A stretch of DNA of 64,000 nucleotides, taken from NCBI GenBank assembly GCA_045605805.1, contig JAZUQR010000027.1, positions 160,001-224,000 on the forward strand. Direction: 5' to 3'. Position numbers and translations under genes: made by a program. The notes under the pieces were generated by a model. It saw nothing but the letters and a program-made list of their open reading frames with translations, ran no database searches and was not told where the DNA came from. Origin of the DNA: Alphaproteobacteria bacterium (GTDB taxonomy: Bacteria > Pseudomonadota > Alphaproteobacteria > CAAHEQ01 > UBA3637). The stretch's first letter is position 1. The number at the start of each line of letters is the position of its first letter. Shown here piece after piece: positions 31,763 through 41,626 of this stretch.

Positions 31763-31958
31763 AAAATGTTCGAGTGTCAGTAAGGGTTTCAAACAGTGTC
31801 AAAAATGCGAAATGCTTTAAAATCAATCGCTTACTGAGTTATCGGTTCGATTGTTGAACAAAGTATGCCTATTTTTCCTGCTTAACAATCGAACCGCCTT
31901 AAACCATTGAAAATAAAAGAAAAAGTCGTCATTTCTGACGACTTGTTCACTTTGGCGG
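31763..31958 (-). repeat. Cassette arm L, copy 1 (~196 bp), abutting the tRNA 3' end
   Basis: Contains a terminator hairpin, a 13-bp perfect inverted repeat CGGTTCGATTGTT/AACAATCGAACCG and IHF consensus AATCAA-TCGC-TTA. Confidence 0.95.
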
Positions 31959-32041
31959 AGCGTACAGGATTTGAACCTGTGCATCCCTTTAACAGGATGA
32001 CGGATTAGCAATCCGCTGCATTACCACTCTGCCAACGCTCC
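31953..32041 (-). tRNA. tRNA-Ser(GCT)
   Basis: GGAGCGT/ACGCTCC acceptor stem, anticodon loop TTGCTAA, long variable arm, TTCAAAT T loop, G discriminator, encoded CCA; TTGACA/TATTAT promoter upstream. Confidence 0.97.
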
Positions 32042-32107
32042 TGACATGTGATAAAGTCATAATACCAAAAAGACCTTGCATTGTCAAGTCTTTTTAATAA
32101 AACCAAA

Positions 32108-32551
32108 TTATTTTGTTTTTTGTGTCTTCAAAAAATGAACCCCAACATAGGATGCAGGCTTGGTTGTATCAACTTTCGCAGGTTGAAATTGTTTTTTCAA
32201 ATCCAATAAAGACGAGTCAGAACCAACTGGTTTTTCTTGAAAAGCAACCTCTTGCTTCAAAGTCGGAAACGGCACATCCATCACCGCCTCAATGGTTTTG
32301 GGATTCTTATCTGTATCCAAATAAAATCGACCTGTCTTATCCAAAGCCCTTTTTGCAACAATCGTTCCTTGTGTATCGGCCAACATCTTATGAAAAGCCA
32401 CATCATTTTGTTTATACCAGTCTTTACTTAAAGACTTTCTGCACATATTTTCACAAGAATGTAAAAGCAGCCCCATAACACAAAGAAAAGAGGCAGAACA
32501 TCCCCAAAAAAAAGGGGTTTTGAAAATAGAATCACATTGTTTTTTTGACAT
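32108..32551 (-). CDS. Hypothetical membrane-anchored or lipoprotein
   Basis: 147-aa ORF, AAGGAG RBS, hydrophobic N-terminus ending LLLHSC. Confidence 0.7.
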   Translation of the reverse strand: MSKKQCDSIFKTPFFWGCSASFLCVMGLLLHSCENMCRKSLSKDWYKQNDVAFHKMLADTQGTIVAKRALDKTGRFYLDTDKNPKTIEAVMDVPFPTLKQEVAFQEKPVGSDSSLLDLKKQFQPAKVDTTKPASYVGVHFLKTQKTK

Positions 32552-32675
32552 AAAAACTCCTTAAACAACTATAAAAAACGAAACTATTTTAATACAAAAT
32601 TAACTTTTTGTCAAGTTAAAGAAAAAGCCCCACTGATCAGGATAAGCAGGGCTTAAACAAAACACCGTTTAGATT

Positions 32676-34613
32676 TTACCACAAGTTCAACGATTGGCTC
32701 TCACTTATCTGTTTCACAACAGCAATAAAATCATCTAATGGCAAAGCATTTTTTTGTTGACCTGTTCGATCCCGAACGGAAACAGTATTGCTTTCAATTT
32801 CCTTATCCCCCACAATCACAGCATAAGGGATTTTGGCATTATGCGCTTCCCGAATCTGATAGCCGATTGTGTTGGATTGACGCTCCATCTCGGCCCGAAT
32901 CCCCACAGATTTTAATTTTTCCAAAATCTGTGCAGCATAATCCCGATGTTTATCCGAAACAGGCAATAAACGCACTTGAACAGGCGAAATCCATACAGGG
33001 AAAGCACCGGCAAAATGTTCGGTCAACACCCCCATAAAGCGTTCCAACGAGCCATAAATAGTCCTGTGAATCACAACAGGTGTTTTTTGCGCCCCGTCTT
33101 TATCAATGTATTTACAGCCAAAGCGACCAGCCAATTGGAAATCTAATTGGAAAGTACCTGTTTGCCACTCACGCCCCAAAGCATCCTTCATGGAAATATC
33201 CACCTTTGGCCCATAGAAAGCCCCATCTTTATCTTTAATGGCATAGTTTCCTTCCCCACAATGTTTATCCAAAATCCGCTTCAAAGCAGCCTCTGCCCGA
33301 TTCCAAGTTTCCACATCTCCGATAAAATCATCCGGACGGGTTGAAAACTTCATTTCATATGTCAAACCAAACAAGTTATAAAACTGATCAGCCAAAGCAA
33401 ACAGTTTTTCATATTCTTCCTCAATCTGATCTTCTGTAATAAAGATATGGGCATCATCTTGATGGAACTCACGCACACGCAATAAACCATTCAAAGCCCC
33501 ACTGGCTTCGTTGCGATGAATCATATCTACATCAGAAAAACGAATGGGCAAATCTTGATAAGAACGAGTTTTTAAGTTGAATAACAGCATGGTTGAAGGG
33601 CAACTCATCGGTTTCAAAGCATACACTTCATTTTCTCCCATATCAGCAGCTGTTAAAAGATACATATCGTCTTTATAATGCGACCAATGGCCGGAAGTTT
33701 CCCATAAAACTTTTGAGTTCATCAACGGGCCAGCAAACTCTTGATAACCGTTTGCTTCATGAACTTTGCGCCAATAATCCAACAAAATGTTGTACATTTT
33801 TAAGCCTTTTGGCAACCAATAAGGGCAACCTGGGGCTGTTGAATCAAAATAAAATAACTCTAACGCTTTACCAATTTTACGATGATCTCGCTTTTCGGCT
33901 TCGGCCAACAATTCAAAGTAAGCCTTTAATTCCTTTTCGCTGAAGAAAGCCGTTCCATATACACGTTGTAAAGAGGCCTTTGTAGCATCTCCCCGCCAAT
34001 AAGCAGCCGCCACTTTGGTCAGCTTAAAAGCCTTACCGATTAAACCGGTACGAGGCAAATGCGGCCCACGACACAGTTCCACATAATCCCCCTGAGTATA
34101 GATGGAAACCTCTTTCACATCCTCAGGCAAATCATCAATCAATTCTACCTTAAACAATTCCCCACGGTCGGTAAAAATCTGTCGGGCCGTTTCACGTGAA
34201 ACAACCTGGCGTTCAATAGCCAAATCAGCCGCCACAATCTCGGCCATCTTGGCTTCAATTTTTACCAAATCATCTTCTTTCAAAATAATGCCATGAAAAT
34301 CATAATAAAAGCCGTTTTCAATGGCCGGCCCAATAGTGGCTTTTGCATTTGGATATAAAGCCTCCACCGCTTGAGCCAAAGTATGTGCTGTGGTGTGACG
34401 CAACATTTCCAAAGCCTCAGGGGTTTTTTGTGTCACAATAGAAACAGTTGCGTTGGTTGTGATGGGCGTCATTAAATCAGTAAGTGTGCCGTCCACAATG
34501 GTGGCAAGGGCAGCTTTGGCCAAGTTCATACTAATTTTTTCGGCAATTTGAAGGCCGTTCACCGGTGCTTCAAACGGCATTTTAGAGCCATCAGGCAACA
34601 TAATTTCTATCAT
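32676..34613 (-). CDS. thrS: Threonine--tRNA ligase
   Basis: TGS domain, LRHTTAH, LCRGPH, RDHRKIG, TSGHW, GAFYGPK, GSLERF. Confidence 0.97.
   Translation of the reverse strand: MIEIMLPDGSKMPFEAPVNGLQIAEKISMNLAKAALATIVDGTLTDLMTPITTNATVSIVTQKTPEALEMLRHTTAHTLAQAVEALYPNAKATIGPAIENGFYYDFHGIILKEDDLVKIEAKMAEIVAADLAIERQVVSRETARQIFTDRGELFKVELIDDLPEDVKEVSIYTQGDYVELCRGPHLPRTGLIGKAFKLTKVAAAYWRGDATKASLQRVYGTAFFSEKELKAYFELLAEAEKRDHRKIGKALELFYFDSTAPGCPYWLPKGLKMYNILLDYWRKVHEANGYQEFAGPLMNSKVLWETSGHWSHYKDDMYLLTAADMGENEVYALKPMSCPSTMLLFNLKTRSYQDLPIRFSDVDMIHRNEASGALNGLLRVREFHQDDAHIFITEDQIEEEYEKLFALADQFYNLFGLTYEMKFSTRPDDFIGDVETWNRAEAALKRILDKHCGEGNYAIKDKDGAFYGPKVDISMKDALGREWQTGTFQLDFQLAGRFGCKYIDKDGAQKTPVVIHRTIYGSLERFMGVLTEHFAGAFPVWISPVQVRLLPVSDKHRDYAAQILEKLKSVGIRAEMERQSNTIGYQIREAHNAKIPYAVIVGDKEIESNTVSVRDRTGQQKNALPLDDFIAVVKQISESQSLNLW
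34188..34203. promoter_or_regulatory. parS site inside thrS
   Basis: CGTTTCACGTGAAACA, 15/16 match to the parS palindrome. Confidence 0.75.
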
Positions 34614-34724
34614 TTTTTTCCTTTTGTTATTATTAAAGTCAAACAACCCCTGTTTGACAACAACAAAATTATAGCATCTTTTTCGTTAAAAGTCAAAGAG
34701 TTTATGATTAAATCAGGCTCTACT

Positions 34725-35939
34725 TTAGACAGAACGCCCTTTGGATTTTACCTTATTATCCAACACAACAATTTTGTTGTCTTTGGTCACATGATAGGTG
34801 GGCAAACGGCAACAATCCGGCACAGGGATTTCAATAAAGACATTTTTGCCCATAAAAGAGAGTAAATTAAACTTTTCTTGAATGGGATCCAGATATTCTT
34901 CATGTAAAGCCGTATGTTGCTTATAGGGTAAAAAGACAATGTTATTGATATCATTATTACCCCCAAAAGCAAGAGGAATCACATGATGGGCGGTTAAATC
35001 TTGTTGGGTGTCAGTTGTATCAGAATGAAAAAATAAATTAAAATCACCCCGCAAACCACAAGCCTGCAAAAACTGCAAACGGTTCTGGTTAAAATCATAT
35101 CGGCGTATTTTTTTTTCGGCCCCCGATACAAAATCAGCCTTTACAATTTGCATACTCATATTTTCTGGAACAACCGGTTTTTTATGCAAACTCAATAAAA
35201 TCCCTTTTTTGAATTGTTGGCTGATAACCTTATTGCCCAATTTTGAACGCCAATTTGCTTTATTTTGAAAAACTTTTTCATAAGCAGCTCTATCAGTAGC
35301 CGGTACAAAATCCAAAAAAGCCTCGTTTGTAAAAACACAAGGAAGGGACGGCATATAAAAACCCAGTTTATGTGTAAAATCTTTTTCTTGTAAAAACTTG
35401 TCCTTACAATTTTTAATCACAGACCAATAAGTTTCATCCATAATTTCGGCCACATCAGACGAAACCACATACATATTAGAAGTATCCAAAGTACCACCTA
35501 ATTCCAAAGGAATGCGAAAATCAACCATATAATTTTTGGGTAAATGACCTGTTTTTAACGCAATAGCCTTGTCTTTTTCCGAAAAAATACCATCAAAACA
35601 ATGTCGTGTGGCCAAGCGTCGCACAAAAAGATTAGCCTGTTTTTTGAATTGTTGAATATGAAACTTTTTAACAGAAGTTTCTTTTTCCCCAACAACTGTT
35701 TCCGTTAAATAAACAGTCTGGGGATTTTCCTTAAAATACTTATTATCTTGGCAAACAAAATGAAGCATCAGATTCTTAAACTTATCAGTTGTCTTGCGAA
35801 TTTGGGTATCTTTCACCCAAGTGGACATTTTTTTTTGAATTTCAGATTTTGCCTTATTCTTGGAAAAAACAACTAATTCCATAACATTTTCATTGTTTTT
35901 TTTATGCCGAAAATCGCCTTTTTTTTTATAATTTTTCAT
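34725..35939 (-). CDS. HNH endonuclease-domain protein with a degenerate N-terminal HNH copy
   Basis: C-terminal AHHVIPLAFGGNNDINNIVFL...H...H; N-terminal paralogous VDFRIPLELGGTLDTSNMYVV. Confidence 0.75.
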   Translation of the reverse strand: MKNYKKKGDFRHKKNNENVMELVVFSKNKAKSEIQKKMSTWVKDTQIRKTTDKFKNLMLHFVCQDNKYFKENPQTVYLTETVVGEKETSVKKFHIQQFKKQANLFVRRLATRHCFDGIFSEKDKAIALKTGHLPKNYMVDFRIPLELGGTLDTSNMYVVSSDVAEIMDETYWSVIKNCKDKFLQEKDFTHKLGFYMPSLPCVFTNEAFLDFVPATDRAAYEKVFQNKANWRSKLGNKVISQQFKKGILLSLHKKPVVPENMSMQIVKADFVSGAEKKIRRYDFNQNRLQFLQACGLRGDFNLFFHSDTTDTQQDLTAHHVIPLAFGGNNDINNIVFLPYKQHTALHEEYLDPIQEKFNLLSFMGKNVFIEIPVPDCCRLPTYHVTKDNKIVVLDNKVKSKGRSV

Positions 35940-35946
35940 CTATTCC

Positions 35947-36624
35947 TTACACTTTCACAGCATAACCGGCCGATCGCACAGTCCGAATCAATTCAGCCTC
36001 ATCATCTTTCAAATTACGTCTCAATCTGCGAATATGTACATCAACCGTTCTGGGTTCTACAAAAACACTGTCTCCCCACACCAACTTTAACAATTCCTCT
36101 CGGGAAAAAACATGCCCCGCCTTTTCCATTAAAATGGCCAACAAGCGAAACTCAGTTGGCCCCATATGCATGGGTTTTCCCTCTTTCAAAACCAATTTTT
36201 TATCAAAATCTAAAGTTAAAATACCCGCTGTCAGCACCTGTGCCTGAGGCTTTTCCCCTACACGGCGCAACAAAGCCTTCACTCTGGCAAATAACTCGGG
36301 CATAGAAAACGGCTTTGTCATATAATCATCAGCCCCAAAAGAAAGCCCCTGCACTTTGTCGGCCTCTTCCGCCCGTGCTGTCACCATAATAATGGGAATA
36401 TCTTTCATCGCAGCATTTTCACGAATACTTTTACACAAATCAACGCCCGATACATTGGGCAACATCCAATCCATTAAAATCACATCAGGCTTTTCTTTCA
36501 ACACAGATTGAAGAACCAACGCCCCATCCATCACAGAAACAACATCAAATCCTTCTTTTTCAAGGTTATAGGTTAAAAGAGCCACTAAACCGGCTTCATC
36601 TTCAACAACCAGAACTTTTGTCAT
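35947..36624 (-). CDS. phoB: OmpR-family response regulator PhoB
   Basis: VVEDE, DWMLP, MGPTEFRLL, VWG...RTVDVHIRRLR. Confidence 0.9.
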   Translation of the reverse strand: MTKVLVVEDEAGLVALLTYNLEKEGFDVVSVMDGALVLQSVLKEKPDVILMDWMLPNVSGVDLCKSIRENAAMKDIPIIMVTARAEEADKVQGLSFGADDYMTKPFSMPELFARVKALLRRVGEKPQAQVLTAGILTLDFDKKLVLKEGKPMHMGPTEFRLLAILMEKAGHVFSREELLKLVWGDSVFVEPRTVDVHIRRLRRNLKDDEAELIRTVRSAGYAVKV

Positions 36625-37265
36625 TTTGCCCCCTTTAATGTTGCAATGGCTTTTTTATATGAAGACGCATGAAACACATAAGAACCGGCCACCAAAATAT
36701 CCGCCCCCGCCAAAACACAAGCCGGTGCGGTGATATCATTGATACCGCCATCCACAGAAACTTCCACTTTTTTATGCCCAATCAAGGCCTTTAATTCGGC
36801 AATTTTTTTCAAAGCCTGTGGCAAAAAAGCCTGCCCGCCAAAACCAGGTTCAACACTCATCACTAAAAGCCGATCAATCATGGGTAGATAAGAAATCACA
36901 TCTGCGGTTTTTGTGTGGGGTTTAATGGAAATACCCACTTTTTTACCATACTTTTTAATCTGTGCAATTAAATCATCAATTTTTTCCCTGCACTCCAAAT
37001 GTACAGTCAGACAATCCGCTCCCGCCTCACAAAACGAAGGAATTAAAACAGAGGGTTTTTCCACCATTAAATGCACATCAAAAGGTTTTTCTGTGTACGG
37101 ACGGATATCTTTTACAACCAACGCCCCAAAGGTCAAATTAGGTACAAAACATCCGTCCATCACATCAATATGAATCAAATCGGCCCCAGCCCTGTCCAAA
37201 GAGCGAACCTCTGCGCCTAAACGGGCAAAGTCGGCAGACAAAAGACTGGGAGCCACTTGAACCAT
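36621..37265 (-). CDS. rpe: Ribulose-phosphate 3-epimerase
   Basis: APSLLSADF, HIDVMDG, MSVEPGFGGQ, VDGGI. Confidence 0.97.
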   Translation of the reverse strand: MVQVAPSLLSADFARLGAEVRSLDRAGADLIHIDVMDGCFVPNLTFGALVVKDIRPYTEKPFDVHLMVEKPSVLIPSFCEAGADCLTVHLECREKIDDLIAQIKKYGKKVGISIKPHTKTADVISYLPMIDRLLVMSVEPGFGGQAFLPQALKKIAELKALIGHKKVEVSVDGGINDITAPACVLAGADILVAGSYVFHASSYKKAIATLKGAK

Positions 37266-37269
37266 CGGA

Positions 37270-38334
37270 TTAAGCCACCACTTTTGGATCTAATTCACCA
37301 TCAGCATAGCGTTTGGCCATATCTTCCAAAGAAATCGGTTTGATATGGGCGGCTTGACCGGCTGCACCAAATTGTTCATAACGTTCTTTACAAACTTTTT
37401 GCATGGCAACCATCGCTGGTTTCAAGTATTTGCGTGGATCAAATTCGGCTGGTTTTTCTGTGAACAGAGTACGAATAGCCCCTGTCATAGCCATACGCAA
37501 ATCGGTGTCCACATTGACTTTGCGCACACCATGTTTAATGGCTTCTTGAATTTCTTCCACAGGCACACCGTATGTTTGTGGCATTTGACCACCATGGGCA
37601 TTGATAATGTCCTGTAAATCTTGTGGCACACTGGAAGAACCATGCATCACCAAGTGAGTATATGGCAATTTTTCGTGGATTTTTTTCACTGTATCAATGG
37701 ATAAAATAGCACCATCTGGCTTGCGTGTGAACTTATAAGCCCCATGAGAAGTACCAATAGCCACAGCCAAAGCATCCACCTTTGTAGAACGCACAAAATC
37801 AACAGCTTGATCTGGGTCTGTCAACAGTTTAGATTTATCAATTGCGCCATCAAAACCATGTCCGTCTTCTTTTTCACCTTTACCGGATTCCAAAGAACCG
37901 ATACAACCCAATTCACCTTCCACCGACACACCGGCAGCATGAGCTTTGGTGGCCACTTCACCGGTCACTTGAGCATTATATTCATAAGTGGCAGGTTTGC
38001 CTTCTGGATCCAAAGAACCATCCATCATCACAGAAGTAAAGCCGGCCGCCATAGCGGAATAGCACACATCTGGGCTGGAACCATGGTCTTGATGTACACA
38101 GATGGGCAAATCTGGATACATTTCCACACCGGCCATCATCAAATGTTTCAACACAGCATCATTAGCGTATTGACGAGCCCCTTTACTGGCTTGAATAATC
38201 ACAGGAGAGTTTGTCTCATGAGCCGCAGCCAAAATAGACAAAACTTGTTCCATATTGTTCACATTAAACGCAGGAATACCATAACCGTGTTCCGCAGCGT
38301 CATCTAACAGTTGTCTTAAAGAAACTAATGCCAT
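37270..38334 (-). CDS. fba: Class II fructose-bisphosphate aldolase
   Basis: [33 protein letters not shown]. Confidence 0.97.
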   Translation of the reverse strand: MALVSLRQLLDDAAEHGYGIPAFNVNNMEQVLSILAAAHETNSPVIIQASKGARQYANDAVLKHLMMAGVEMYPDLPICVHQDHGSSPDVCYSAMAAGFTSVMMDGSLDPEGKPATYEYNAQVTGEVATKAHAAGVSVEGELGCIGSLESGKGEKEDGHGFDGAIDKSKLLTDPDQAVDFVRSTKVDALAVAIGTSHGAYKFTRKPDGAILSIDTVKKIHEKLPYTHLVMHGSSSVPQDLQDIINAHGGQMPQTYGVPVEEIQEAIKHGVRKVNVDTDLRMAMTGAIRTLFTEKPAEFDPRKYLKPAMVAMQKVCKERYEQFGAAGQAAHIKPISLEDMAKRYADGELDPKVVA

Positions 38335-38409
38335 TTTTCTATCCTTTCTTTTGTTTTACTTAAATGGTAAAGTTATTGTACAAAAGATACGGATAAAAAT
38401 CAAGGGATT

Positions 38410-40365
38410 TTATTTTTGTTGAATCATCTCTTTGGCAAGACGCAAAACATTTTCCTTTGTAAAGCCATATTTGATAAAATTATCTTTGGCTGGTGCGCTT
38501 TGACCAAAACAATCCATTCCTAAAATCACATCCTGTTCCCGCTTAAACGGATACCACGACAAAGCACTGCCGGCTTCAATAAACAAACGGGGAGCATCGC
38601 CTAAAATATATTGTTGTTCCCGAACAGATTGCTTAAAAAACAAATCCCAACACGGCACAGACACCACAGCCACATCCATCCCTTCTTCAACCAAGGTGGC
38701 AAAAGCCTGTAAAGCCAAAGCAACCTCCGACCCACTGGCCACAAAAGTCAATTGGCGTTTTTTCAAAGGCTGCCGCAAAATATAAGCCCCTTTTTGCACC
38801 AAATTATCACCGGCATCTCTGCGAACAGTAGGCAGATTTTGTCTGGACAACACAATACAAGAAGGTCCATCAGTTTTCAAAGCCACCTCATAACTTTCCA
38901 CAGTTTCAATGGCACCAGCCGGCCGAAAAACGGTTAAATTCGGCATCGCACGCAGCGAAACAAGATGTTCCACAGGTTGATGAGTCGGCCCATCTTCCCC
39001 TGCCCCAATGGAATCATGCGTAAAAATAAACAATTCTTTTAAGTTCTGTAAAGCTGCCATCCGAATAGCCGGTCGCATATAATCAGAAAAGGCAAAAAAA
39101 GTGCTGGAATAAGGCAGATATCCGCCATGTGCCGCAATACCGTTGGAAATAGCCCCCATGGCATGTTCCCGCACACCATAGTTGATATAGTTGCCCGAAT
39201 AATCCCCCGCACAAATTGGTTTAGAAGCACTTGTCTTGGTTAAATTACTGGCCCCCAAATCAGCCGAGCCCCCCATCAAAGCCGGTATCTTTTCCAACAT
39301 TTTTTGCAAAACAATCTGTCCTGTCTTACGAGTAGCTATTTCTGGTTTTTCCTTCAAAAATTGTTGTTTAATCTCTTGAAATAAAGAAGAAGTATCATCA
39401 GGTAAAACCCCTTGCATCCGATTGATAAAATCTTGATTTTGATTGGCTTTTTCAATCCATTTCTGATATTCTTTTTCATATTTAACACTTGTTTCACGCC
39501 ACATATCATAAAGTTCATTTGGCATTTCAAACGCAGGTTTATTCCAATTCATATTTTGCCTAAATTGAGCCATTCCTTTTCCCAAAGGCGAGCCATGCAC
39601 TTTGGAAGTATTTTCCAACTCCCCTGCCCCAAAACCAATGCGTGTATGACAATCAATAAGCGTTGGTTTCTTGGCAGATTGTGCTTTATATAAAACTTTT
39701 TCAATAGATTTATAATCATGTCCATCACAGCTTAAAACCTGCCAACCATTGGCTTCAAAGCGTTTTTTCATATCTGTTTTGGTGGCAATATCTGTGTGGC
39801 CGTCAATGGTAATGGTATTATCATCCCAAAGCACAATTAAATTGTTTAAGTTTAACACACCGGCCAAACTGATGGCTTCCTCTGAAATACCTTCCATCAA
39901 ACAACCATCCCCCACAAAGCAATAGGTTTTATGATTGACAAGTTCATCCCCAAAGGTGGCATTCATCATGCGTTCTGCCAAAGCCATGCCAACGGCCGAA
40001 GCAATTCCCTGTCCCAATGGGCCGGCCCCAAAATCAACACCATTGATATGGGGTTCTGGATGTCCGGGAGTTAAAGAATCCTGTTGCCGAAAACGCTTTA
40101 ATTCATCCATCGTTAAATCTTCAAAACCGGCAAAATGAAGGGTTGAATAAATCAAAGCCGAAGCATGTCCGTTTGAAAAAACAACTCTGTCCCGATTAAA
40201 CCAAGCGGGATGTTTGGGGTGAAACTTCAAAAACCGATTATATAAAACGGTCACAATATCCGCCATACCCAAAGCCGCCCCCGGATGGCCGGATTGCGCC
40301 TGTTCCACCATATCTGCCGACAATATACGCAAAGCGGTTGCCATTTTCTTAAAATCTTGTTTCAT
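38410..40365 (-). CDS. tkt: Transketolase
   Basis: SGHPG, GPLGQG, GDGCLMEG, GEDGPTHQP. Confidence 0.97.
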   Translation of the reverse strand: MKQDFKKMATALRILSADMVEQAQSGHPGAALGMADIVTVLYNRFLKFHPKHPAWFNRDRVVFSNGHASALIYSTLHFAGFEDLTMDELKRFRQQDSLTPGHPEPHINGVDFGAGPLGQGIASAVGMALAERMMNATFGDELVNHKTYCFVGDGCLMEGISEEAISLAGVLNLNNLIVLWDDNTITIDGHTDIATKTDMKKRFEANGWQVLSCDGHDYKSIEKVLYKAQSAKKPTLIDCHTRIGFGAGELENTSKVHGSPLGKGMAQFRQNMNWNKPAFEMPNELYDMWRETSVKYEKEYQKWIEKANQNQDFINRMQGVLPDDTSSLFQEIKQQFLKEKPEIATRKTGQIVLQKMLEKIPALMGGSADLGASNLTKTSASKPICAGDYSGNYINYGVREHAMGAISNGIAAHGGYLPYSSTFFAFSDYMRPAIRMAALQNLKELFIFTHDSIGAGEDGPTHQPVEHLVSLRAMPNLTVFRPAGAIETVESYEVALKTDGPSCIVLSRQNLPTVRRDAGDNLVQKGAYILRQPLKKRQLTFVASGSEVALALQAFATLVEEGMDVAVVSVPCWDLFFKQSVREQQYILGDAPRLFIEAGSALSWYPFKREQDVILGMDCFGQSAPAKDNFIKYGFTKENVLRLAKEMIQQK

Positions 40366-40367
40366 AA

Positions 40368-40919
40368 TCAACTCCTTGTTTTCAAAAATAAAAATAAATT
40401 ACGCCCTGCCGCCCGTTCTTTAAGAACCTCAAAAGTGTCTGGCACAGCTTCGGGGGATTTTTTGTCTGTTTCCACAACCACCAAAGTCTCAGAATCAATC
40501 CACCCATGTTGGGTTAAAGCCAGCAAGGCTTGCGCCCATAATCCCTTACCATAAGGGGCATCCATAAACACAACGCGCATGGCCCGATTGGCTGGCATAG
40601 GATGTAAGACATCTGTTTTTTCAACAGGCGGCAAATGAAATAACGCCCTGTTTTGATTCAAAATCTGCAAAGCAGAAACATCATTTTCCATAAAATATAA
40701 AGACTTCACACCCCGTGACCAAGCCTCCAAGCCCACAGAACCAGACCCAGCAAAAGCATCCAAGAAGCTAATCTGCCCCCAACCAAGGCCTTCTTGTAAT
40801 CGCCATGATTCCAACATATTAAACAAAGTTTCTTTGGCTCTGTCCATCGTGGGTTGAGTTGTTTCTGTTAAAGGCGAAAAAAGTTTTTTACCTCTGGCTA
40901 TTCCTGAAATAATACGCAC
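40368..40919 (-). CDS. rsmD: 16S rRNA m2G966 methyltransferase
   Basis: MRIISGxARG, LDAFAGSGSVGLEAxSRG, FMDAPY. Confidence 0.92.
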   Translation of the reverse strand: MRIISGIARGKKLFSPLTETTQPTMDRAKETLFNMLESWRLQEGLGWGQISFLDAFAGSGSVGLEAWSRGVKSLYFMENDVSALQILNQNRALFHLPPVEKTDVLHPMPANRAMRVVFMDAPYGKGLWAQALLALTQHGWIDSETLVVVETDKKSPEAVPDTFEVLKERAAGRNLFLFLKTRS

Positions 40920-41605
40920 GCAACCTCCTTTACTTCACCAACCTTCAAAGCCCCCAGCTGATAAGGACCATAAGCCACCCGAATCAACCGAGAAACCTCT
41001 AATCCAAAAAACTTCATCAAACGACGAATCTCTCTGTTTTTGCCTTCGGTTAAAGTAATTTGCAACCAAGTGTGTTTGCCTTGTATTTTTTCAACTACCA
41101 AGCGGGCAGGGGCATAGCGCACCCCATCAATCACAACACCTTTGGACAATTTTTCAACCATCTCTGGCTGAAACACACCAAACACCCGCACCCGATAGGT
41201 TCGTGGTAAATGAGACGAGGGCAATTCCACCTGTCTTGCCCATTCACCATCATTGGTTAAAAGCAACAATCCTTCCGAATTCAGGTCTAACCGCCCCACA
41301 GAAATCACTCTGGGCAAGTCCTTGGGTAAAGCATCAAACACAGTGGGCCGCCCTTGCGGATCACGATGAGTGGTCACCAATCCAACGGGCTTATGATAAA
41401 GCCATACACGGGTTTTTTGTTTTTTATTCAATGGTTTATTATCAACCAAAATAACATCATTATTCCCAACTGTCACAGCTGGGGTTGTTAAAATCTGGCC
41501 ATTCACAACCACCCGACCGGCCTGTATCCAGCGTTCAGCTTCACGGCGAGAACATAATCCGGCATCCGCCATCTTTTTTGCAATTCGTTCTTTCTTTTCT
41601 GTCAT
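40898..41605 (-). CDS. rluB: RsuA/RluB-family rRNA pseudouridine synthase
   Basis: S4 domain, VGRLDLNSEGLLLLTNDG, EGKNREIRR. Confidence 0.88.
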   Translation of the reverse strand: MTEKKERIAKKMADAGLCSRREAERWIQAGRVVVNGQILTTPAVTVGNNDVILVDNKPLNKKQKTRVWLYHKPVGLVTTHRDPQGRPTVFDALPKDLPRVISVGRLDLNSEGLLLLTNDGEWARQVELPSSHLPRTYRVRVFGVFQPEMVEKLSKGVVIDGVRYAPARLVVEKIQGKHTWLQITLTEGKNREIRRLMKFFGLEVSRLIRVAYGPYQLGALKVGEVKEVACVLFQE

Positions 41606-41626
41606 ATTTATGCTATTATACGCTTT

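Larger units (their letters stand above)
29713..31952 (-). mobile_element. Non-autonomous tRNA-targeted cassette 1 (~2.24 kb), metallopeptidase-like cargo
   Basis: Bounded by TGGCGG cores at 29713 and 31953 (tRNA 3' end); same L-gene-R layout as cassette 2; AT-rich cargo. Confidence 0.72.

Noticed and set aside
31823-32011. 62-aa ORF in the track
   Set aside because: Overlaps tRNA-Ser and the L arm; spurious.
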